Positions 38,791 to 50,331 of a stretch of 64,000 nucleotides of DNA are shown piece by piece. Below the pieces are notes generated by a model. The model had not been told where the DNA came from. It ran no database searches and was given only the letters and a program-made list of their open reading frames with translations. The stretch is from Phallusia mammillata (taxonomy: Eukaryota), in assembly GCA_965637545.1 (NCBI GenBank), contig OZ281498.1:4402001-4466000 (forward strand), in the 5' to 3' direction. The position numbers were made by a program, and so were the translations under genes. Position 1 is the stretch's first letter. The number at the start of each line of letters is the position of its first letter.

Positions 38791-38918
38791 TTTTTTTTTT
38801 TTTTTTTTTTTTTCACGGGGTTCGAACCCAGGACTCTCCCGGAGCCGAATCCCGATCAGGTTTTTTATGTCTGTATGTGGGTCAGGCGCGCCGGACCATT
38901 CGGCCAAGTTCCTGCCCA
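38791..38918 (-). mobile_element. tRNA-derived SINE, full length with 23-nt poly(A)
   Basis: Minus strand reads TGGGCAGGAACTTGGCCGAATGG (A box)...GGGTTCGAACCCC (B box) GTG A23. Flanks ATACATGTCGTTTT / ATACATCCCGTTTT look like a decayed TSD. Confidence 0.85.
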
Positions 38919-39923
38919 ATACATCCCGTTTTAACTAACTTGATATTCATTAAAATTTAAGCGTTAAATTGCAGAAAGAAAAGAAGCCACTACTGTCGCT
39001 GTTGCGCTCTTTGCGGCATTGTCTGCTCAGCAAACAATTTACAAGGTGTTGTTTTGTGGCGTGACTGTAAATACAATTCGAAAGAGTGGTGATTTCATAC
39101 TGAAAAGACTTTACAACGACTATTATGCTTATGGGTTTACTTTAAACACAAAATCAGATTTTGGCATCACTAAATTTAGCACGCATGGACGATTTCTGGA
39201 CGTTTATGTGAAAAGCAGTCTTTTGTTTTCCGGATCTTTGTAAAATAATTGTAAAAAGTTTTGTAAAAATAGGGTAACCATAAAACCCACCAGTAAAGGG
39301 TTTTGTGTTTATACACGACGATAACCGTTTTTAATCTGTACTTTTAATCCTAAAAACTGTTACAAATATTTCATGACAAGATATACCGAAATGGTTGAGT
39401 AAAACATAAGTTTAAACAAATAAAAAAGCAAATAATTTGTTGTCGTATAAATAATAAAAGTGTCGTAAATGTGGTGTATTGTTCGTTTAAAGTAGTTCAA
39501 AGTCGAACACATAATCAAAGGCTTTTGCACTATTGTTTATTGTGTTTAAAAAAAAAAAAAAAAATCAGGACTGCAGGTTTACATGTCATAAGATTGCTGG
39601 ATGGTTTTAGCGAAAACCTCTTTGGCAAGAAAATATGGCAACTTGTAGGTGGTTTTCGCAACTACCTAATATTTTTTTGTGTGCTTCAGATTTTATTTCA
39701 CAATTACTTTTTTGTATTATTTTTTGTGCCATTAATCTTCTAGTCGATTGATGTTGTAGAAAGTTTCAAACACATATACTTTCTGTACAGTTTTTCGAAT
39801 AGTTAAGTCGTATTGTTTCTATGTGACCATATTAATCTCTGATAATTAATTTTTGTCCTTGCTCGTCGCGTGTAAGGGAAATCACCCACCAGACGTTCGA
39901 TTTTTTTTCTGACTGATTGACAG

Positions 39924-40436
39924 GGGTTCGAATACTACAGGTGCGCTAGGTGCGCTTGGTACCTCGCTTGGTAACCTTTTTTCGTGCAACGTAACTTAAA
40001 AATAGTGCAGGTAACTCTCTTTGGTGCGATTAAACTCAGAATAGGTACGACGTAACTCGAAAATACTACAGCTGTCCTGTTTTTATGCGACAAATCGTAA
40101 ATACTGCAGTTAACGTTATAACACGCAAATAATGCTGGAAAAGTGTTACGATAGTCCCAACACACAACCAAAACCCTAAACTCTGAACCCTAAACCCTAA
40201 ACTCTGATCCCTAACCCTAACCCTAACCCTAACCCTAACCCTAACCCAACCTTAAAAACAGTACATACAGCATTATTACGTTACGTCGCAGTAACTACGA
40301 GTTTACTCTTTTCAAAAAAGGTTACCTGCACTATTTACAGGCTTTGTTGAATTAAAACGAGTTACCTGTAGTTTACCAAGCGAAGTACCTAGCGGACCAA
40401 GCGCACCTAGCGCACCTGCAGTTTTCGAAGGCACCG
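39924..40436. mobile_element. Foldback-type non-autonomous DNA element with long imperfect TIRs, 9-bp TSD (Mutator-like) and internal telomeric repeats
   Basis: Left arm TTCGAATACTACAGGTGCGCTAGGTGCGCTTGGT is mirrored by right arm ACCAAGCGCACCTAGCGCACCTGCAGTTTTCGAA. GATTGACAG is duplicated at 39915-39923 and 40437-40445. (CCCTAA)6 lies at 40209-40244. Confidence 0.78.
40209..40244 (+). repeat. Interstitial telomeric-type repeat (CCCTAA)6
   Basis: Six perfect CCCTAA units preceded by degenerate ACCCTAAACTCTGA units from about 40172. Confidence 0.95.
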
Positions 40437-40578
40437 GATTGACAGGACGAATTTAACATATAGGACGGCCTGTTGTAGAAGTATACGTTAGGCTAGCTAG
40501 ATACACAATTATTCTGTGGGTGCATAGCTTTTCTATGTTTCATGACTGATACGGAGTGCTTTGCAAGGTCTTTTTAAT

Positions 40579-43338
40579 ATGAGTACCAAACAAAATCATC
40601 TAAATACAAAACTGACAATCAAATCGAAAAATGTAAAAGCGACCAACAATAAACAGATGCCCAAAACCAAGTGAGTTACCACGGATTTACATGTGCATTG
40701 TATTTGTTTGACCAATTATGTGTTAAAAAATGTAGAAAGCAAAAACAAAAGAAAAATGCCGGAGTAAAGCCAATTTCTGCAAAGGAACAAAAGCCTCCAA
40801 AACGCAAGAGAAAAAGGGGGAAAAAGAAAACAAAAGTTCAAACAATCAATCAAAAGAAATTGAATATTTGTATTCGAAAATCACCTAACCAGTTCGTAGA
40901 CTGCATTATTATAAGCAGTGATTCAGAAACTGAACAAAAATATTCAAAACAACAAATGGAAAATAATACTCTAGGCCAAAGACAGCTTGGTCTGTATCAA
41001 GCAGGTGATGCCCATTGTTCATCAGCACCTACTAGACCTGGACAAAAACAGGTGTTGTAATAAAACATATCACTAATTATGTGCCCTATCTTTGTACTAC
41101 AACTTTGTGTTCAATTTGCAGAATCTTAAAAGAAAAGCCCCTGGACTACCTGAAAGCAATGGTATTGGATAATTTTGTGCTTCCCAAAAATAATCTTACT
41201 GATATAATGTTTACTGTTTAGAAAACAAAAGACCTTGCTATACCCAAACACAAATTTCCCAACCTATCAGTGGCAGACAAACACAAGGAACTAATCAAAA
41301 TAGAGTGGTGTGTCACCTTCACATAAAGATGTTTTTTGTTGTTGCTTGACATTCTGTTATTTAGGTCTCCCAAGAAATGTTTATGTTTTTAAACTACTAT
41401 GAACAGAAATCAGAACTTTTGAGAAAAAAGTTTGAACTTCAACAGGTTAGTTTAATTGTTTTTAAAGGGTCCTATATTACAAATAGGTCATGGATACTTA
41501 TGGTCCACCATGTATCACAACTGGGATTTAAATTTGTTGGTTATAGCCCTGTTTCTTGTGTTCTTACAATATTCACTGTTTTGTTTTAGGTTTATATTTG
41601 TAATTTAAATGCCACATAGCTGATACAGATGTCCCTTTCCTATAATTGGTATGTACAATCTCTCTGTCAGTTATGTCTTCGACTAAACTACATTTGAAGT
41701 CTATGCAAAATCCAATAAAAATTATAATTTCAAATTTTTCTGTAGGCTTTGGAGAATGCGATTAAGTTTGCTATGTTTCCACTGGCTACAGTCCACCTTG
41801 TTGGGTCATCAATCAATGGTTTTGGAAGGTTTGACAGTGATGCAGACATATGTGTGGTTCTTGATGCCACAAAACGCAATATTTCTGTGAGAAGTTTATT
41901 ACTTTTGCAAAATGGCTATAGTTATTTATTACTTTACAAACCTTTTTATGCTGCATTTTTGTCGAACTGTGGACATTTCAAGTCATGTACATCATTGGCC
42001 ATGTAGAGCTACTAACGTAAAAACTGACAATAGCCAGGTTTGGGAATTTCCTGCTGTCAGTTCTTACGTTAGTAGTTCTACCCATTGGCCAACTTGACTT
42101 TTACCATACATACTATTTGGTGAACATAAGCAATTTGATTGTTTTTGGATTACTTTGATTTTTCTGATTTTCTTTTGCGTTTAGAGAAAAGAATCCAAGA
42201 AAGCATTGTATGAGCTGGAAAAGTTATTGAGGCGTGCCCCTTTTGTGAAAAAATTGGAAATTATTCATGCCAAGGTTCAGATTTTGAAGTTTGTGGACCA
42301 TCTTAGTGGAATGGACTGTGATGTGAACATTAATAATTTAATTGGAGTTCGAAACACTTTTTTGTTGTTTGCCTATGCAAGATATGACCCAAGGTTAGGT
42401 TTATACTAAGCAATAGATAAAACAGTATGTTCATACTTTCCTTTAAGCACAGCAAATAAAGAATTGAATTGAAAAAAATTGAATAGTATCTCTACTTTGT
42501 TGTGGCAGAGTTCGGCCCTTGGCTTTATGTGTTAAAGCCTGGGCTAAGAATAATGACATCAATGATGCGAAACATGCAACGTTAAGCAGCTATGCCCTTG
42601 TTTTAATGGTCATACACTATCTACAAGTAAGTAATGAGTTTTGGTTTAAGGTTGTGTATATACTGTGTTAATTTGCGTTAATCACTCGTCTTGTATTTTT
42701 GACTGAAACAAATTTATCTTTGCGAAAAACGATGACGTAGTAAAAACTTTTTTAGTGTGGAACACAACCGGCAGTTTTACCTAGTCTTCAGAATCTGCAC
42801 CCAGAAATGTTTTCGGAGAGAATTCCCATTTGTGCTGTTGAGGCGTACTCACGACGCGTACCCTTAGTTCCCTCTCGAAATCAACAAACATTGTATGAGT
42901 TATTGCGTGGATTTTTCCGATATTTTTCTTGTTTTGATTACGACGACAAAGTCATTTCTGTGCGACGAGGAACGGTAAGCGTCCGTACAAAATGTGAAGC
43001 GCTTTTTTTAAACATTATTTAGTAGTTTTTTGCTTTTTTATTTAGAAATTCTCTGTTGAAAATTTGCCTCACTCCGAGCTATGGAAACAAAAACCTATTA
43101 AAATTGAGGAACCGTTTGACAGCAATAACGTAGCAAGGGCTGTTCACAACTACCCTAAAGCTCAGAAAATAATTAATGAGTTCAGGTATGTGCACAAAAA
43201 CAGCAAAGTTTATTACTGAAAATAAAACAGGAGATGTTCACAATTGCCATTGAATGTACTGTTTTTAGGAAAGCTTCGCGAACAACTGAATTGATGGACC
43301 ACCTGAATGTTCTTATTCATGGTGCTCCTTGCTGCTGA
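40579..43338 (+). CDS. TENT2: Poly(A) RNA polymerase GLD2 (non-canonical PAP, nucleotidyltransferase + PAP-associated domain)
   Basis: Multi-exon gene. Lys-rich N-terminus (40579-40670, 40736-41051). Catalytic exon VHLVGSSINGFGRFDSDADIC (about 41746-41886). Then IHAKVQILKF...CDVNINNLIGVRNT.LL..YA.YDPR, VRPL...VKAWAKNNDINDA...TLSSYALVLMVIHYLQ, VLPSLQ, LLRGFFRYFS.FDY...ISVR and IEEPFDSNNVARAVH. Stop TGA at 43336-43338. Confidence 0.87.
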
Positions 43339-43894
43339 AAGGTTTCCTCAAATAAAATTTCTTTTTGTTGTATTTTTTATTTCCTTTCGATATTTTTACC
43401 GAAAAATTCAAACTATTCTTCTTTTTCACCACAACATGCATGTTAGTGATAAATTGCGCCCACGGACAAACCTGTAGCCTATTTCTCTTTTGGTTTTTGA
43501 CATATTCGTTTTGTTGCAACTATCGTGACATTAAAAACAACGGTTTAAAGCACCTGTTCACACTGGAAACGAATAAGATACCAACAGTGTTGCGACTTTA
43601 ATTGCAATAAAAAAGGTTGCGTTTGTTGTAGTGAAATCGTACCGATGTAACCGCACTTGCACATTGCTTCTGAAAAGCAAGTTAAAAAACCTTAGCGATG
43701 TAAAGTCAAGGTGCTTTAGTTTTAGTTGGGAGCCACAATTAAGTTGGGTAACAAAGTGATTAGAAAAGTATTTTATCCTAAGTTATAAGAAATCCGTTCC
43801 ACAAATCTTAATGCTAAAAAAAACTTGAAAACCTTGACGGAAATTCTACTGACGTAAGAACGCGCAGTGTGGCGAATATTTAAAGCAAACTGTA

Positions 43895-43994
43895 AATGGT
43901 CTGGCGCGCCTGACCCACATACAGACATAAAAAAAAACTTGATCGGGATTCGTCCCCGGGAGTGTCCTGGGTTCGAACCCCGTGAAAAAAAAAA
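43895..43994 (+). mobile_element. tRNA-derived SINE, 5'-truncated copy
   Basis: AATGGTCTGGCGCGCCTGACCCACATACAGACAT...GGGTTCGAACCCCGTG followed by poly(A). Confidence 0.82.
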
Positions 43995-45974
43995 TGTTGA
44001 CGGTTAGGGTTATTACTGAAAAAAATATTGGGATTGCGATGAGGTTTTATAATGGGAAAAATCCACTTATAAAATTCGTCCCATCCTTGTTTTTAGTTCC
44101 TAACCCTATTTCCTAATATTAACCAACTGTGATCTTTACGCCAATGAAGCGTTTGACCGGTCAAATACATTTTTTTTAATTTAAATAGTGTCACTTTTCC
44201 TAGGGTTTTTGTAAAAGGTAAAACTTTTTAAGTAGCCCTGAAGGGAAAAAAGTGACAGGCCGGTGGGAAATAATCTCATTTTTTTTCGCTGATGGCGGTA
44301 GGGATTTAGTTCTAAATAATGACGTGTTCTGGTCAAGTATTAGAAATTAATAAAATAACATATAATCTATTCACTGCCGTCGAAAATGCTCGTAAATAAT
44401 AGTTTATCACTACTTTTTAAACATAATAATTCAACCGCTGCACGAGTGTGGTGGAAGCAGAGCCACTATAGTGGCTCTGGTGGAAGTAGCAAAACTTTGG
44501 GATCGAATCCCGTTCGACTTTTATCTTTTGTTTTGCAGACTCGTAAAAATGCCCACGATTATGGCTTCTCGAGGTTGGTGTAGGTTAAGCCCAAATAACG
44601 TCAAAACAAACCATAGACATAAGAATTTAATGGTTTTTGAAACATTTACAAAAAAATCTATAGGCTACCTCCCCCAGCGGAAAAAATACGTCATTTTCCA
44701 CTGTAAATCGCCTTGCACTGTAAAAAGGGGCTGCCACTCTAGATATTTCATAGCCAGATCCAGATAGTTTTGGTTAAGCCAAGATGTAAAATTTGGGATC
44801 AAGATGTTGGCTATAAAATCTAGATAGTTTTTTTATGTTTGTAAAAACCATAGAAACAGTACAAGTCTACAAACGTGCCACCCAGACATAACCACAAAAG
44901 CCTCAACGTTGTAATGTTATAACTTATAACTGTAACAGAAAAAGTAGAATGATAATAAGGAAGAAGTAAGCTTCTTTAACATCTAATATAGGGCAATTTA
45001 TATAAATATATTTTATATTAATAACAAATAATTAATCCAAATTAGGTAATTTAATGCAGTTGTGTAAAATGTTGATGTAGGCTTGCATACCTATGTTAAT
45101 ATTGATGTGGCTTTAGGGCCAGCGCACATCGGATATGGTTGGGGGTGAATATGGCATATTGTTATTAATATTTCGACTTGACTCCCCGTTACTAGATCAT
45201 TGTGTTTGGGCTTATTTTGAAGCATGTCTTTAAGAGAAGACTCTGCAAGACATTTTATGAAGTACCCCTGGCGTTATGACGTTCATATCAATGAATATTA
45301 ATTTTAACATGCGCGTATTAATAACTGGAAAATATTTTTTCTCTCGAAAGTTTGTGCGCTGAAACGCTTTAAAAGCGTAGAATATTGTGTCAAAATTTCA
45401 GTACCGCATCTTTTTTAGTTTTAGCGCAATAGCGATTGCTGTCTAGCTTCACTCTGGTGGTATATTATGGGCCTACAGTACTTTTGTCTGTGATTAAGTA
45501 AAAATTACTACTAGATATTTGGCTTTAAATTGTTCTGAAAAGAGTTTTGTATGCTCATTGTTTGCAAACAATTAGAATATTCCAAAATCATACTGCATCT
45601 TGACTTTTTTTCCTAATACATGAACTGTCTTGGCAAAACAACTTATGAGACACATGTTGTTACAAAATATTTAAAAATGTATGTTAAACACAGTGGTTTT
45701 CTTTACCACTGATTGTAAATATTTGTCTATATTTCAAACAAATAAAAACTGCTTGACTACAAAAGTTATGACAAACATAAAAGTGTTTTTAGTTTTCTAT
45801 TTAACTTTTTAACACAATATCTGGGATGCAAAAATGCCAATGGTAAGAAACTAAGGCAACTACTGTTGTCTTAACTGAACCCAGTACAATGTTTTGTGGA
45901 TTTATGCATTTTGTACAACATGATCACAAAATGTATAAATACACACACACACACACACATATATGGGTTGTAGC

Positions 45975-46134
45975 CAGTGATGGGATTCAGCCAGTTCGCA
46001 TCTGTTCTATAGAACCGTCTCACAGAATTTTATGCGATATTGGTCACTGTCAATGGACTTTTTGTAACAGAACCGGCTGAAAAATATGACTTCTGGATAG
46101 AACCGGCAGACAAACAATTTGAATCCGACCACTG
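45975..46134. mobile_element. Small hAT-type MITE (160 bp)
   Basis: TIRs CAGTGATGGGATTCA / TGAATCCGACCACTG, perfect TSD GTTGTAGC, internal GAACCGG motifs. Confidence 0.88.
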
Positions 46135-46293
46135 GTTGTAGCCATTGTGATTTAAATGGTAATAAAACCTAGTACTTGTGATAGACCAATCTTGTCATAG
46201 GACACAACATTTGTTTTTGAGGAAGACAGAATGTTTTGCAAAAAGTATTAATCTGATCAATGTTTTTGATATACAGATGCCAAAATTTTAAAT

Positions 46294-46992
46294 ATGTTGT
46301 CTCTGTTACGGCGGAGTGCCAAACTCTATAAACAAATTTCCAGGCTAAATCGTCCAGGGAAATCACCCCTGGCTGGTATTGTTGTCCATCGCAATGCTTC
46401 TGGTTTAATTCCTGATGGATATGAGCAGTTTCATCTCACACATGATGAACAAGTACAGGCCTTGGATAATACTGAACCACTTACTGATAAAAAAAGAGCA
46501 CAGTTAGCAGCAAAGTACAACTTAAGGCCAGAAGATTATGTGCCTATGAACGATCGTGAATTCAATGTGGGTGATTACCCTCAATTACCACTTGAAAGTG
46601 CACTTGCTCGCGACTCTTTCTATGACTGGGATGACAAATTTAACAGACGAAACTATGGCGAGCCAGTAATGTGGCATGCAGAAATGTATTCACCAGTGCA
46701 TTTGGATACAACCCCTATGATTTTTGATAGGCCCCAGATGTGGAAAATATGGATCACCTTTCTTACAGGATTTGCTATTTTGTGGGCCCTTGGAGAAAAG
46801 TACAAGAATTTTCTTCCCCGTGCTCCTAAACAATATCCAGAACATTATCCTGGTGATGATATGAAGGGTCATGGTATGGGTATTTATACTTTCTTTGAAG
46901 AACCGAGTAGCCTAAATCCAAAGTTCAAAACCAGACAGCAGGTTACCAACTACACCTTTGAAGCTCATCCATGGGATCCAGAGGCACACTGA
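46294..46992 (+). CDS. NDUFB8: NADH dehydrogenase (ubiquinone) 1 beta subcomplex subunit 8 (ASHI), single coding exon
   Basis: 232-aa uninterrupted ORF with a mitochondrial-type leader (MLSLLRRSAKLYKQISRL). Contains AAKYNLRPEDY.P....VGDYPQLP..S...RD..YDWD....RRNYGEP, one TM helix and PKQYP, all NDUFB8 hallmarks. Confidence 0.93.
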   Translation: MLSLLRRSAKLYKQISRLNRPGKSPLAGIVVHRNASGLIPDGYEQFHLTHDEQVQALDNTEPLTDKKRAQLAAKYNLRPEDYVPMNDREFNVGDYPQLPLESALARDSFYDWDDKFNRRNYGEPVMWHAEMYSPVHLDTTPMIFDRPQMWKIWITFLTGFAILWALGEKYKNFLPRAPKQYPEHYPGDDMKGHGMGIYTFFEEPSSLNPKFKTRQQVTNYTFEAHPWDPEAH

Positions 46993-47409
46993 TAGTGTTG
47001 GAAACTCTAAATATTATTTGCATGTCACTGAATTTTGTCTAAAATTTAAAGTTTATGCCTATCGATGTGTTTATTCCTTTAGAAGACCTAGATGATTACA
47101 ACACGTTATTCCTGGGTGGTTACAAAAACAATTGTCTTTAATTTGCCTTCTATTGTATTAAATTGGCTGGTTATGTTTTCCACAGCATTAAGGAAATATT
47201 AAAAAGCGTATGGTACCAGTGGATTATCTGGCAGAGTTTACAATAGGCAGTGTGTGTCGGATTTGCAAAGGCAGGAGTGTTACCGAGCCCACGGAGTTAG
47301 ATTGTAAAGCGGAGCCCCATTTGGGTATTCGTCGTGGATTCGGTTATCTAACAAACTACTTGTCGTATTGTGAAATATGCTTTAGACTGCCTGCAAGGTT
47401 ATTTCGGTT

Positions 47410-47523
47410 GTGGGCAGGAACTTGGCCGAATGGTCTGGCGCGCCTGACCCACATACAGACATAAAAAAACGTGATCGGGATTCGTCCCCGGAAGTGTCCT
47501 GGGTTCGAACCCCGTGAAAAAAA
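47410..47523 (+). mobile_element. tRNA-derived SINE, full length with 15-bp TSD
   Basis: A box TGGCCGAATGG, B box GGTTCGAACCC, A-tail, and perfect direct repeat AAGGTTATTTCGGTT at 47395-47409 and 47522-47536. Confidence 0.9.
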
Positions 47524-47559
47524 GGTTATTTCGGTTATTTTTCTGTCAAACTTTGAAAC

Positions 47560-47863
47560 CCACCCTCTTTCCGACATAGGTTGCCGTATTTTATAACCGG
47601 AAGGGTCACATACAATGCATTGACAAAAAAAAAACAACTGATCAAAGAAGTGGTCCTTTCTTCGACTTAGTTTCAAGTAGACGATTTTTCGCGCACAATT
47701 TTATTTTGTTTTAATCTTGTCGTGAAAATTGCTCATGCAATATTCGCAGGCAAAGTAATCTAACGCAAGTAAACGAAATTCATATGTCAATTTTGAACCG
47801 CGAGTGCTAAAAAAACTTGCGAATGGACCGTTACTAAAAACTTTAAAAGTTTGAGAACCACTG
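47560..47863. mobile_element. Partial hAT MITE (right end only)
   Basis: Ends in GTTTGAGAACCACTG at 47863. The left TIR and TSD were not found, so the start is approximate. Confidence 0.5.
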
Positions 47864-48225
47864 ATCTACATGAATAATACTTCTTACTTTTATAACGCAG
47901 TCAAATTCTTTTATTAGGTTGCAAAATAACATTTCAAACTGTCAAACCGGCTGGTCACAAAGAGTTTTGCTATTTTAAGTCGCACATCGCATGCCAATCA
48001 GTTTGAGACATCTTGCACCAATAAACAGGAATCGTCACTTTGGATTGTGCGCCATATCAGCGTGAAACGTGGGGATTTTTGCAAGACAATGATGGATTGC
48101 ATTTTCTCATAAAAAATACATTCCTAGCCAAAGCATATTCGTAAAAAATCACACAATTTATGTGTTTTTCCGTATACCTGCTGTATTAATTTGGGCACAA
48201 AATGGCGTCCACGGGGCTCTACCGC

Positions 48226-48587
48226 TAGACCTACCATACGTACCTCTTTGGAGGACATTTCCTCCTTTCTAACGAAAAACAAGTTGGCCTACAAGGACAA
48301 TAAAAAATACCCAAATGTCATCGTTTTGAATTTTCTGTATTTACTAAATACGAAATTATTGTGTCTTTAACATCGGCCAAAGAGTGCGAGTTGTGGTCAT
48401 TGTTGATAGAAATTCACAATTTATAGTAAGTTAAACTTCATCCAAATTGGACTATAATAATTGACTGCGTGAAATTCGTGAAATATAGTGTGCCTTTATT
48501 TTCTTTGGGCACGAAAGTAAGTATTTAGGCTATATTCTTTGCCGGGAATGTGCCCTCCTTTTTGGTTGTGAAAATATGGTAGGCCTA
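48226..48587. mobile_element. hAT (Blackjack-like) MITE
   Basis: TIRs TAGACCTACCATA / TATGGTAGGCCTA, perfect TSD TCTACCGC (48218-48225, 48588-48595). Confidence 0.87.
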
Positions 48588-48773
48588 TCTACCGCGTAAC
48601 AATGGGTTGGACTACTTGTACTTGTGTTTTACATGTACTCTGGTTTGTGAGTATGATGTGCTCCGGAGTTGCAACAAGGACAAATAAAAGTGATTCACGC
48701 CTAATGATTGGTGATATCCTTCAGGTGTAAGAAGCATTCTTCGATAAAATCACCTTATTATTTGCCAGGCAGC

Positions 48774-48930
48774 AGTGGCGGAACCAGGAGGGGTAGAGGG
48801 CGATCCACCCACCCATAGGGTCGATTCCCGGGGTGGCAGGGGTGGCAGGGGTGGCAGCCTCCCCACTAAAAATCTCTGGTGTGGCAGCCCTTGTAAAATA
48901 GCTATGCTGCCACCCCAGAAATTGCCTGGC
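48774..48930 (+). mobile_element. Probable truncated GC-rich MITE end (CAGTGGCGGAACC...) with (GGGGTGGCA)3
   Basis: Abrupt GC-rich island starting CAGTGGCGGA with TGGCAG/CTGCCA subterminal motifs. No matching right TIR seen. Confidence 0.45.
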
Positions 48931-49859
48931 CGTATTTATATTCGTGCATTACAGATATGCGTTTCTTTCATTCACATGCCCTCTTTCGAATGGTCGGTAT
49001 ATTTTGAGCATGTGCAAAGCAAGCTATGTGAAATCCTTAACCCATTTTGCGCTACTCGTTTCAGTGATTTTCGCCAAGTTTGCTTCTCAAAAGCAAGCCT
49101 GAACAAGACTTTTGACATAACGATTGCAATTTTCACGTTTTTGTGTATTATGGATGTTAATTGGTAGTTGGGGATTATATTGTTACGTAAGTGTTCCGTT
49201 TTCATGTGTGGAAAATGGAATTGTAGTGACCACTCATGTACCTAAATTTCGTGTGGGAACTGCAATGCCGATTCCATAGTTTTGCAAAAAATTGAAACGT
49301 TTGCGTTATGTGACCTTTTAAACCACACTACTTCTCACGGATTATTATTAACGCTACCCAGCACGAGATACACTTTTGCTGCCAGTAACCAGTATGCTGC
49401 TGTGAGTACATTACCAACATATTGTGACATTACAACTCCACAACTAGACGGGCGGTTTGTGACGTGACTTTCATAGGTGTTACATCCAAGTTAACCAATA
49501 TTGCGTACATAGTAATGTGCATGTTTATTCCCTTCCAATAACCGCGAACACCATCTACAAACCCTAACGTGTACCCCAGTGTGTTTTGATCACGTAAGGA
49601 ACCACTTGAACAAATTTCGCCACCCCACAAAAGAAAATTTATGCTAAAAAACGACGCCTATGCACCCACCCCCTCTGAGCATGCTGGCGACATTGCAGAT
49701 TTAAAGAAGACTTAATTAAATCCGACTTCTAGTCGACGAATTTTTTGATATCTATGGGCCAACGTTTGGCCAGACGGAATATGGAAGAAAAACAAACCGG
49801 TTTGTTGACTGTTCGCAGTTGTACGTTGATGAGGCTATTGCAATAAAGCAGTTTTATAC

Positions 49860-50105
49860 CGGTCACGTCTAAAACTGCGGGCCCACTTGGATCACTTGGC
49901 CCGCTTGGCCCAGCACTTTATGCAATTGAAAAACTGCGGGCCCACTATATCCAGTGCTTCATGCTTGTCGCGTCTCTTGCAAGTATAAAAACTGCGGGCC
50001 CACAATATCCATTGCTTGGCCCGTCTCTCGTAGGGAAAAACGGGCCAAGTGCTGGGCCAAGCGGGCCAAGTGAGCCAAGCGGGCCCGCAGTTTTAGACGT
50101 GACCC
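49860..50105. mobile_element. Palindromic MITE with long TIRs and 9-bp TSD (Mutator-like)
   Basis: GGTCACGTCTAAAACTGCGGGCCC...CTTGGCCCGCTTGGCCCAGCAC is mirrored at the right end. GTTTTATAC is duplicated at 49851-49859 and 50106-50114. Confidence 0.87.
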
Positions 50106-50331
50106 GTTTTATACCATTCGAGACAGGCAGACAGCTAACTGACTGGCAACCTACTTACTACTCATTTTCGCTTTGTAACCAATTACCAACGGTCATAGCT
50201 GCATGATAAGTTCTAGCTTTGTTTGTAAACCGTTTCGTTACTTCTTTGCAAAACGTGTTTATAATATATGCAATGTACGTGTTCGTTGTCAGCCTGTGTG
50301 TTTTAGGAGGTTTCAGGAATAAAACGTTGTT

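Noticed and set aside
40172-40250. True telomere or chromosome end
   Set aside because: Only six perfect units, enclosed by inverted arms and a TSD, with genes on both sides.
44716-44830. CACTGTAAAAA start of a CACTA/EnSpm-type element
   Set aside because: No matching right terminus or TSD found.
38791-47523. Functional tRNA genes at the A/B-box repeats
   Set aside because: No 3' acceptor-stem strand, no U33 in the loop, and poly(A) tails with TSDs. These are retroposed SINE copies.
48775-49167. 130-aa ORF MAEPGGVEG...
   Set aside because: It arises from a GC-rich MITE fragment running into AT-rich DNA, with no domain features.
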